From: Eledone cirrhosa | Taxonomy: Eukaryota | NCBI GenBank assembly: GCA_964016885.1 | Contig: OZ024755.1 | Span: 16,120,001 to 16,184,000 of the forward strand | DNA length: 64,000 bases | Direction: 5' to 3' | In this document: positions 51,663 to 64,000 of the stretch, piece after piece | Layout: each line of letters starts with the position of its first letter | Numbering within the stretch: position 1 is the stretch's first letter | Notes under the pieces: model-generated | What the model was told of the DNA's origin: nothing | Databases searched by the model: none | The model's input: only the letters and a program-made list of their open reading frames with translations | Made by a program: the position numbers and the translations under genes

Positions 51663-52239
51663 GATATGGTTTTATAAATATAGTTTCCGTGCGTGCGCGT
51701 GTGCGTGTGCGTGTGCGTGTGCGTGTCAATCTACTTACCTACCTATCCCTCTCTCTTCTCTTCAAACAGGATTGTTTTGTGTCAATGAGTGAGGAGTTAT
51801 TAACAGGATATTTAGTTGGGTGGAAACGAAAAGGAAAACAAAAAAAATCTAATTATTTTTGCTAGCCTTAATTAACAACATAAAACATCAATTGAGGGGC
51901 TGAGTGTACGCGTCTGAGTTCAAATTCTGGTACAATGGTCACTTACTAACCGCCAGCGACCTTTCTTATTCAGACTATTTGGTTGTTGTTGTTTTTTTAT
52001 TATTATTATACTCAAAGACCTTAATTTCCATTTCCGTTCTGAATATTCAAGAAATGTATAGACAATCTATACCTACATCCAGATGTTTATATATATATAT
52101 ATATAATGATCGCTCTCTCTCTATATATATATATACTGGTTCCTATTACCCACTCTACCCTAAGTATTGAGTACTTTGGTGCGTTATGGTCCACCTGGTT
52201 CCTTACCACATTTCCTTGGTTATATATATGTAAATGCAG

Positions 52240-52291
<52 letters not shown>

Positions 52292-53106
52292 ATACACGTA
52301 TATATATATATATATATTTACGTCTATACAAATTCTCTTATATATATATATATATATACTGTATGTATATATGCATATACACACACACAAACACACGAAG
52401 AAATGTGTATACATGCATAAACAATCGTAGAGATGGTGTTTCTTACACTTATCACAGCTGTATTGCTTACAGTAGCTTGACCTTCGTTAAATATCGTATT
52501 TGCTGTTGCACAAATAAACGTACTTAAGTGCACTAATGATGCAAATAATATAAAACAGCATCACTAAAGACAAGTAACGTGCAAGTGTGATGCATATATT
52601 TAAGTGCAATTACGATGCACAAATAAGTTGCATGTGTGATTGCTCCGATGGCATAGTTTATAGTTTTCTTTTTATGTAACATGAAAAAAAAAAACGCAGC
52701 AGAGAACCGTATGAGGACTCGAGGAGAAGAAACGATAGATCTGCTTGCAATAGCAGCTACATCTCCCTCAAATCACACACTATTGTGTGTATGAGAGAGA
52801 GACAGAGAGAGAGAGAGAGACAGAGAGAGAGAGAGAGACAGAGAGAGCTGAAAATATAAGTAAAATTATACATGGCAATGGAATTCAGTGAGTTACAGAT
52901 ACAATCCTCCAAACCAATTCCGCTGTTAAAAGACATTTGGTGAAGGCATCCCGCACTGGGTTCAAACAACAAATCTCAATGCCGCCAGGATAAACAGGTT
53001 GAAGTAATCCAAAAGCACTTCACATCAGTAGTGTTTCCCCAGAGAAATGTTGGTGATTAGCTGTGACGGTGTGTCCATTTACGAAATATTGTTAAGACAG
53101 GCTTTC

Positions 53107-53172
53107 GCTTTCTGATGATGTCACATGGAGATTGTTAATGATATAACCATGTCATTGAAATACATATAATGC
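53107..53172 (+). ncRNA. Degenerate hammerhead motif
   Basis: CTGATGA-tgtcacatgg...ccatgtcatt-GAAA-TACATA-TA followed by AATAAA; stem I is poorly paired. Confidence 0.4.
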
Positions 53173-53549
53173 AATAAAACAATTATGTAAGAGTAATCCT
53201 GTCTTAATATTTCGTATATATATATCTAAATGTGTGTGTCTGTGTACATACCTATATATATATTAATAAATGGATATATATATACATGTGTATACAAACA
53301 TACATATATACGTTTGAGTGTGTGCATACACACAGACGTGTGTATATAAATACATATGTTTCTTTATGAATACATGGGTGTATGTGTGTGTGTTTACATT
53401 TCAATGGGGAGAAAATGATGAATGAAACCTAACATTTTAGATTGTATATTAACAGTTTGTTGTTGACGTCATGAGAAATGGCGGTGATGGAAATAGAGCA
53501 AGAGACAGACAGAGAAAAGATGAGGACAGTGAGAAAGAGAATGGGAGTT

Positions 53550-54344
53550 ATATATATAAATAAATATATATATATAAATAAATATAAATATATATATATA
53601 AATATAAATATATAAATATATATATAAATATAAATATATATATATATACAAATATAAATATATATATAAATATATATATAAATATAAATATATATATAAA
53701 TATATAAATATATATATAAATATATAAATATATATATAAATATATATATATAAATATATAAATAAATATATATATATATAAATAAATATATATATATATA
53801 AATAAATATATATATATATAAATAAATATATATATATATAAATATATATAAATAAATATATATATATAAATAAATATATATATATAAATAAATATATATA
53901 TATATATAAATAAATATATAAATATATATATATATATATAAATAAATATATATATAAATAAATATATATATATATATATATAAATAAATATATATATATA
54001 AATAAATATATATATATAAATATAAACATAAATATATATATAAATATATATATATAAACAAATATATATATATATATAAACATAAATATATATATATATA
54101 TATATATAAACATAAATATATATATATATATATATATATAAACANNNNNNNNNNNNNNNNNNNNNNNNNNNNNNNNNNNNNNNNNNNNNNNNNNNNNNNN
54201 NNNNNNNNNNNNNNNNNNNNNNNNNNNNNNNNNNNNNNNNNNNNNNNNNNNNNNNNNNNNNNNNNNNNNNNNNNNNNNNNNNNNNNNNNNNNNNNNNNNN
54301 NNNNNNNNNNNNNNNNNNNNNNNNNNNNNNNNNNNNNNNNNNNN

Positions 54345-54383
<39 letters not shown>

Positions 54384-54457
54384 TATATATATATAATATA
54401 TATATATATATATAGTATATAATATATATAATATATTAATATATATAATATATATAT

Positions 54458-54492
<35 letters not shown>

Positions 54493-54765
54493 TAATATAT
54501 ATATATAATATATATATATATATATAATATAATATATATATAATATATAATATATATATATAATATATATATAATATATATATATAATATATATATATAT
54601 ATAATATATATATATATATATAATAATATATATATAATATATATATAATATATATATATATATAATATATATATATATAATATATATATATATAATATAT
54701 ATATATATAATATATATATAATATATATATATATATAATATATATAATATATATATATATATATA

Positions 54766-54840
<75 letters not shown>

Positions 54841-55501
54841 TAATATATATAATATATATAATATATATAATATATAATATATATAATATATATAATATAT
54901 ATAATATATAATATATATATAATATATATAATATATATAATATATATATATAATATATATATAATATATAATATAATATATATATAATATATATATAATA
55001 TATATATATAATATATATATATGTAATATATATATAATAATATATAATATATATAATATATATATATAATATATATATATATAATGTATATATAATATAT
55101 ATATATATAATATATATATATATAATATATATAATATACATAATATATATTATATATATATATATAATATATATTAATATAATATATATAATATAATTGT
55201 TTCTACTTTAGGCACAAGGCCAGCAATTACCCAGTGCATTACTGGTACTTTATTTTATCGACCCCGTAAGGATGAAAGGCAAAGTCAACCTCGGCGGGAT
55301 TTGAACTCAGATCGTAAAGGGACGTAACTATGCTGGAAAGCATGGCGTCCGACCCTCTACCGATACTGCCAATCCACCACCCTTATATATATATAATATA
55401 TATAATATAATATATATTATATATATATATATAATATATATATATAATATATATTATATATATATATATAATATAATATTTATATATAAGATATATATAT
55501 A

Positions 55502-55532
<31 letters not shown>

Positions 55533-55551
55533 ATATATATAATATATATAT

Positions 55552-55583
<32 letters not shown>

Positions 55584-55879
55584 ATATATATATAATATAT
55601 ATATATATATAATATATATATATATATAATATATATAATATATATAATATATATAATATATATAATATATATATATATAATATATATATAATATATATAA
55701 TATATATAATATATATAATATATATATATATAATATATATATATATATAATATATATAATATATAATATATATATATATATAATATATATAATATATAAT
55801 ATAATATATATATAATATATATAATATATATATATAATATATATATATATATAATATATATATAATATATATATATAAT

Positions 55880-55913
<34 letters not shown>

Positions 55914-57156
55914 ATATATATATATAATATAATATATAATATATATATATAATATATATAATATATAAAATATATATAATATAATATATATATATAATAT
56001 ATATATATAATATATATATATATATAATATATTATATATATAATATATATATATATATAATATATATATATAATATATATATATAATATATATATATATA
56101 TAATATATATATATATAATATATATATATATATAATATATATATATAATATATATATATAATATATATATATAATATAATATATATAATATAATATATAT
56201 ATATAATATATATATATAATATATATATAATATATATATATAATATAATATATATATATAATATATATATATATAATATATATATATAATATAATATATA
56301 TATATAATATATATATATAATATATATAATATATAAAATATATATAATATAATATATATAATATATATAATATATATATATATAATATATATAATATATA
56401 TATATAATATATATATATAATATATATATATAATATATATATATAATATATATATATAATATATATATATAATATATATATATAATATATAATATATATA
56501 TATAATATATAATATAATATATATAATATAATATATATAATATAATATATATATAATATTATATATATATATATATTATATATATATAAATTATATATAT
56601 ATAAAATTATATATATATATATATATTATATATATATAAATTATATATATATAAATTATATATATATAAATTATATATATATATATTATATATATATATT
56701 ATATATATAATATTATATATATATATATATACATTATATATATATATTATATATATATATTATATATATTATATATATATATATATATTATATATATATA
56801 TTATATATATATAAATTATATATATATAAATTATTATATATAAATTATATATATATATATTATATATATATAAATTATATATATATAAATTATATATATA
56901 TATATTATATATATATAAATTATATATATATAAATTATATATATATATATTATATATATATAAATTATATATATATAAATTATATATATATATATTATAT
57001 ATATATAAATTATATATATATAAATTATATATATATAAATTATATATATATAAATTATATATATATATTATATATATATATTATATATATATATTATATA
57101 TATATATTATATATATATATTATATATATATATTATATATATATATTATATATATA

Positions 57157-57232
<76 letters not shown>

Positions 57233-57379
57233 TATATATATATATTATATATATATTATATATATATTATATATATATTATATATATATTATATATATAT
57301 TATATATATATTATATATATATTATATATATATTATATATATATTATATATATATTATATATATATTATATATATTATA

Positions 57380-57423
<44 letters not shown>

Positions 57424-57444
57424 ATATATTATATATATATATAT

Positions 57445-57479
<35 letters not shown>

Positions 57480-57557
57480 ATATATATATGTATGTATATA
57501 TATATATTATATATATATGTATGTATATATATATATATAATATATATATATATATAT

Positions 57558-57591
<34 letters not shown>

Positions 57592-57625
57592 GTATGTATA
57601 TATATATATATAATATATATATATA
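53550..57625. repeat. (TA)n/(TATAA)n microsatellite field containing a 200-N assembly gap (54145-54344)
   Basis: Direct reading of the sequence. Confidence 0.97.
55195..55383 (-). mobile_element. SINE family A copy inserted in the AT microsatellite field
   Basis: Full-length reverse-complement copy flanked by (TA)n. Confidence 0.88.
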
Positions 57626-57782
57626 AATACATATAGTTATAATAATAAATTTGAAGACTAAAATCCAAAGAGGGCTGTCTTTGCGCGTAATTGTTTTTCA
57701 TCGCTCCTATTAATGACGTAATTATTCGTTTTTTCCCGTTCTTTGCTAGCGAACCTTTCCACGAACCTAAGTATCGTCTTCC

Positions 57783-58425
57783 TGACTCAATATATGGACA
57801 TAAATTCAAGGTTGTCAACTTTCTACAGAACTGACCTCACGACTCAATATATGGACATAAATTCAAGGTTGTCAACTTTCTACAGAACTGTCCTCACGAC
57901 TCAATATATGGACATAAATTCAAGGTTGTCAACTTTCTACAGAACTGTCCTCACGACTCAATATATGGACATAAATCAAGGTTGTCAACTTTCTACAGAA
58001 CTGTCCTCACGACTCAATATATGGACATAAATTCAAGGTTGTCAACTTTCTACAGAACTGTCCTCACGACTCGGTATATGGACATAAATTCAAGGTTGTC
58101 AACTTTCTACAGAACTGTCCTCACGACTCAATATATGGACATAAGTTCAAGGTTGTCAACTTTCTACAGAACTGTCCTCACGACTCAATATTGGACATAA
58201 ATTCAAGGTTGTCAACTTTCTACAGAACTGTCCTCACGACTCAATATATGGACATAAATTCAAGGTTGTCAACTTTCTACAGAGCTGTCCTCACGTCCAA
58301 GAGACTCAATATTTGGACATTAGTTCAAAGTTATCAACTTCCTACAGAACTGTCCTCACGCCCAAGAGACCCAATATATGGACATAAGTTCAAGGTTATC
58401 AACTTTCTATAGAATTGTCCCCACG
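57783..58425. repeat. 58-bp minisatellite, about 11 copies
   Basis: GACTCAATATATGGACATAAATTCAAGGTTGTCAACTTTCTACAGAACTGTCCTCAC repeated. Confidence 0.93.
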
Positions 58426-60636
58426 TGTATATTTAAAGCAATTATGGAAGCCCTAATTAATATACGAAGCAAAGCAAGAAGCTATTTTGCAGCCAAGACT
58501 AAAAACGGAGAAAAACTTTAAACCTTATTGCTGTCAAGACTTAACGTTGTATGCTTTACACAGACTGTTTACATCAATTCAACCGTGACTACTGATAGTA
58601 ACTAATGACCTAGGTCATAAGTAAGGAGTGTGGCATTGTGCAGACGATGAACAACAATTAATAGAGCTGTGCTGTCTGAAGCACAGTAGAAACCATGTGA
58701 CAATGTCACTTCATTTCAGTAAGATGTTTAACTCTAATCAAATCCTCTCTTGTGACTGTTGGAACCACTGTAGTTTTAGCAAAAGTATCTACTACCCTAG
58801 TTATTGCCATTGAAAGTCTCACAAAAGCATGATTAAATATCCTAATCCCTGTAACTGAAAGTACAACCAGATAGGATTACATCTAATGATGTAAATATTT
58901 CGAAAGGAATATTTAAGATAGTCTGTCTGTTGTTGTAGTCCAAAAGAAGAGGATCTACAACATTTTAAATCGTACATTAACAGCATCGTTCTATACGGAC
59001 GTGTGAAGGCCTGTGAAGGCCATCATTATTGTCATTTAATCCAGTCCTTCCAAGGAAAAAAATATCTTTGGTGATAAGTCCAGCCAAAACATTTTTGACC
59101 ATAAGTCCAGGTCGGACCAGGTCAAACAACAGTATAATACATACACACATACATACATACATACATACATACACACATACACACATATATATACACACGC
59201 ACACATACATACATAAGGATTATTGGGATTTTTGATGGAGTGGTGGTGGTACTGGTAGTGGCGATGGTGATAGTGGTGGTTTTTTATGGCTGAGGTGGTT
59301 GCGGTAGTGATGATGGTAATGGTGATGGCAGTGTTGTTGTTGTGGTGGTGGTGGTGGTTGTGGCATTGATTGCAAATCACGCCGCTGTGACGCAGTGTAT
59401 GTAGGAAAAGACACTAACCTTCAGCAGACGACCAAACGAACCCGTCTTCCACCCTACCCTCACAAAGCACCACCACCACCTCAACCACCATCACCACTAT
59501 CACCACCACCACCACCACCACTAGCACAGCCATCCCGACCACCATAGCTATCATTAAGACTAGCATCACCCAAGACACCACCATTCACGCATTATGATGG
59601 TGGTGATGTTAATGTTGATAGTGATAATGGTGATAGTGATGATGGTATTGATGGTGGCGTTGGTGGTGGCGTTGGTGATGGTGGTGGTGGTGGCGTTGGT
59701 GGTGGCGTTGGTGGTGGCGTTGGTGGTGGGGTTGGCGGTGGCGTTGGTGGTGGGGTTGGCGTTGATCGTGGTAATGGTGATAGTGATGGTGGTATTGATG
59801 GTGGTGTTGGCGTTGGTGGTGATCGTGGTAATGGTGATAGTGATGGTGGTGGTGGTGGTGTTGGCGTTGATCGTATCGTGGTAATGGTGATAGTGATATT
59901 GGTGATGGTGAGAACGTTAGACAAGACGCTCGCCGGTGTATATGCCAGCAGTAATCCAAGAACAACAGGTTTTGTTGTCAACAAACAGTCGTCTGTTTGC
60001 CAGGTAACCTGTACACCTATCAATTGACACCCCACGCCTCTGCCAACCATCACCCACCAACATTTACAACCCCCCCACTCACCACAGCCTACCCCACCTT
60101 TAGCCATCACCCACCCCACCACCCACCACCACAGCCTACATCACCCTTAACCCCAGTGGGAGAGGAGAGAGGGGGAGAAAGTGGGAGAGAGGGGGAGAGA
60201 GTGGGAGAGAGAAGGGGAGTGGGAGAGAGAAGGGGGAGTGGGGAGTGAGAGAGGGGGAGAGGGAAAGAGAAAAAGGACAAACAGATATATATATATATAT
60301 ATTTACACACAAACACACATATATATATATATATACACATACATACATAGATAAATACAGGTGTGTGTGTGTATGTATTACAGCACTCATGCGTATGCGT
60401 ACGTGTGTATATTCGCCATTTTCTTTCACTTCCACAGCCCTTCTCCCACCCTCACCCACTACCCCTCTCCCACCCTAACATTCTGCCCTTCTCCCACCCT
60501 TCACAAACCCATTGTACTGCCATCTCAACCTCTATACAATGGCTGTATTTAACAGTAAAGAATGCAACAACAGCTTTTTTGTTTGGTGTGTGCTATATGT
60601 AGGAATGCATGCATATATATATATGCATATATATAT

Positions 60637-60668
<32 letters not shown>

Positions 60669-60759
60669 ATGAGTAAAAGGTAAACAGAAATAACAACACA
60701 ATCGGTACAGTATATGGAAGGTATGTATTAGGTTAACGCTTGATATAGCAGGAAGAGGG

Positions 60760-60795
60760 TCTTAACGTTTCGGACGCTAATCCTTCATCAGAAGA
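60760..60795 (-). ncRNA. Minimal hammerhead motif of the Penelope-terminal type
   Basis: Reverse complement TCTT-CTGATGA-A GGA ttagcg TCC-GAAACGTT-AAGA, with palindromic AACGTT stem III. Confidence 0.65.
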
Positions 60796-60920
60796 AAGAA
60801 TGAGAAATAAAATAGATTGAGGGGCGGGCGGCATGGAATATATATATATATATATACGTTATGGTTAACTATACGGAATGACCAGTTCTATCCAGTGGTG
60901 AACCACTAAGCTTAGATGAA

Positions 60921-60971
<51 letters not shown>

Positions 60972-61971
60972 TTAATATATAAGGGAACAAAGGCTCGGTG
61001 TTGCATCATATACATATTTAATTACATATTACATATGTTTCACTGTCGATCAGCTCGAGGAACGATCTATTAACGATCGAACATGACTATGTACACTCTA
61101 TGGAACACTGATTCTTTGTTCCCTTATATATTAATACTATTAATACTCTGCTCCCCAAGAGCATCGAGTGCTCATTCGCCATATCGCCTATGGACCCAAT
61201 TAATTAGCAGCACCTTAATACTTAAAGCCTACTCGACGACAGGCACCAATCACAAACTTTCTGCCTTGACTGCTGGCCATGTGATAGTTCTTAACCATTT
61301 TGAATTCATTTCTGGCGGGGATCATGTAGAAGAAACTTAGTCCAGTCTGAGGTATCATGTCTTTGTATTGTCCCCTTTTCTTGTGCGCCCTTGTGGCTAA
61401 TAAAGAAATATATCTATGTATCTATCTATCTATCTATCTAGCTGCTGCCTATCTTTCATTCTATTGGGGAAAATCGACTAATTTTTAAATTGCATTTGTG
61501 ATAATATTTTACACATTTTTATAGTATGTAAACTTCCCCCTTTGTATTTGTCCCCTTCTTTTGTGCCCCTGTGGCTAATAAAGAAACATCTATCTATCTA
61601 TCTGCTGCCTATCTTTCATTCTCTCTCTCTCTCATATATGTACATATATATCTGACCGTCTATATGTCCATCTGTCTGTTGGCCTGCCTCTTTCTATATC
61701 CTCCCTCTCTCTATCTATCTCTGTTCACCTTTGACTTTCCCAATCTGTCATTGTCATACATAAACACATCACACTATACACACACACACGTTTGCATTAT
61801 ATTACATCAGGTCTCATAATCACACTTTCACTTACATACTGCACACTACATACAGTCACACCTTTCTACATATATTATAGTACACACAACATCCACATAT
61901 ATACACACACACACAAATATATGTATAGGAAAATATCCTTGCGGGATCAATGAAATAAAATATATATTATA

Positions 61972-62285
61972 GATTGGCAGTATTGGTAGAGGGTCTGACG
62001 CCATGCTTTGCAGCATAGAGTTACGGCCCTTTATGTTCAGAGTTCAAATCCCGCCGAGGTTAACTTTGCCTTTCATCCTTACGGGGTCGATATAATAAAG
62101 TACGAGTAATACACTGGAGTAATTGCTGGCCTTGTGAAAAAAGTAGAAACAATTATTAGAATCACGGAACAATAAGGGCAGTAAGCTCACCTCGGCGAGA
62201 TTTCAACCCATATCGTAAAGGGCCATAACTCTATGCTGCAAAGCATGGCGTCCAACCCTCTACTGACACTGCCAATCCACCGCCC
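61972..62285. mobile_element. Two SINE family A copies in inverted (tail-to-tail) arrangement
   Basis: Plus copy ~61972-62155 and partial minus copy ~62186-62285. Confidence 0.8.
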
Positions 62286-62489
62286 AATAGTGAAATAATA
62301 ATGAAGTAGTATAGTAATATGATATAGTAATGTAATAGCATTCTTATAATCTACATTCATATAAACAAACCAAAATATTGAGAATTTGGTGAATGAGAAA
62401 GTAAAAAAAATGGGTAAATAAATATCATTAGAAAATATAAACAGATAAATACAGGAGAGAGACATTGAAGACGGGGTAAAGAAACGTAC

Positions 62490-62621
62490 TAGAGAGAGAG
62501 AGAGAGGGGGGGGGAGAGAGAGGGAGAAAGAGAGAAAAAGAGAGAGAAAAAGAAGAAAAAGAGAGAGAGAAAGAGAGAGAGAGAAAGAGAGAGAGAGAAA
62601 GAGAGAGAAAGAGAGAGAAAG

Positions 62622-62673
<52 letters not shown>

Positions 62674-62687
62674 GGGAGAGAGAGAGA

Positions 62688-62737
<50 letters not shown>

Positions 62738-62750
62738 CGGAGAAAGAGAA

Positions 62751-62843
<93 letters not shown>

Positions 62844-62868
62844 GAAAGAGAAAGAGAGAAAGAGAGAG

Positions 62869-62899
<31 letters not shown>

Positions 62900-62923
62900 G
62901 AAAGAGGAGAAAGAGAAAGAGAA

Positions 62924-62962
<39 letters not shown>

Positions 62963-63075
62963 AATGGAGAGAGACTGAATGGAGAGAGACTGAATGGAGA
63001 GAGACTGAATGGAGAGAGACTGAATGGAGAGAGACTGAATGGAGAGAGACTGAATGGAGAGAGACTGAATGGAGA
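62490..63075. repeat. (GA)n purine tract followed by a 15-bp repeat (GAGAGACTGAATGGA x ~8)
   Basis: Direct reading of the sequence. Confidence 0.95.
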
Positions 63076-63404
63076 AAATTGACTGAGGATAATGAGAAAG
63101 ATAAAGAGGAAGTGAGATGAAACGAAACAAAAAAAAAAATGGAGCGTGTATTAAACGTGTTGTTGATCGAATACCATATATGGCAGACTTAAGATTGCTT
63201 TTATTGTTCCAGATAGCATGGTTCGCCCCAGACACGCCTCGCCACATCCCTCTTCTTATCTCTCTCTCTACTCATCTTTCTCTATTTGTCTCTCTTTCAC
63301 TCTCTCATTCACAAAAAAAGGCCTGTAGTCCGCGCGTGCACTTCGTTGTGTACGTGTAATTTAGAGTGAGCGTGTTCTTGTTGCATTCATTATACTCATG
63401 CAGC

Positions 63405-63623
<219 letters not shown>

Positions 63624-64000
63624 ATATATGTATGCATATATATGTATGTATGTATGTATGCATGTATGTCGTCACATGGTACCATGGGCCCAGCACTATG
63701 TGTCAATAATTGTCACAAGTGTAGTGTTTGTACAAGAGTTTTCAAGTCGCTGGCTGGACTAAAAAGTCACACTCGTTCAGCGCATCGGTAGGGGTTCTCC
63801 TACATGGATATAAAGTAGTGGCCGTACTCGAAACGATGTTGGCAGCCACCATGTATGTATGCATGTATGCATAGACACACGCAACTATGTATGTTTGTAT
63901 GTCTTTACGTACGTATGTATGTATATTTGCATGTATGTTATTTGCATGTATGTATGTATGTTTGTCATCTATGTATGCATGCATGTGTGTATGCATGCAT

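Noticed and set aside
53429-55141. 570-aa Y/I ORF
   Set aside because: Translation of (TA)n across an N gap.
59592-59965. Pro-rich, His-rich and Val-rich ORFs
   Set aside because: Products of (GGT/GAT)n repeats that are open in several frames.
61025-61085. GAAACATATGTA hammerhead half on the minus strand
   Set aside because: No CUGANGA box with a pairing stem I.

Overview
AT-rich, microsatellite-dense eukaryotic DNA. The SINE families and simple-repeat content suggest a cephalopod (octopod) genome; this is inference from sequence style only. One protein-coding gene is convincing: FRMD8/iTAP on the + strand, with 11 phase-consistent GT-AG coding exons from 11613 to 21464 (400 aa from ATG 11639, possibly 425 aa with a first exon at 1982-2030). 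The rest is SINEs, decayed LINE, Penelope-like, LTR and Helitron fragments, MITEs, minisatellites and a 200-N gap. Most interesting: (1) sequence-diverse type I hammerhead ribozyme folds (about six well formed, several decayed), three of them within 1.8 kb and one probably sense-intronic in FRMD8; (2) a ~1.95-kb unit repeated about three times with a hammerhead motif at each junction (retrozyme-like); (3) a ~7.5-kb foldback-like element whose diverged inverted arms enclose four different minisatellite arrays. Most ORFs in the supplied track are simple-repeat artefacts. All calls were made by eye, with no searches or folding programs run.
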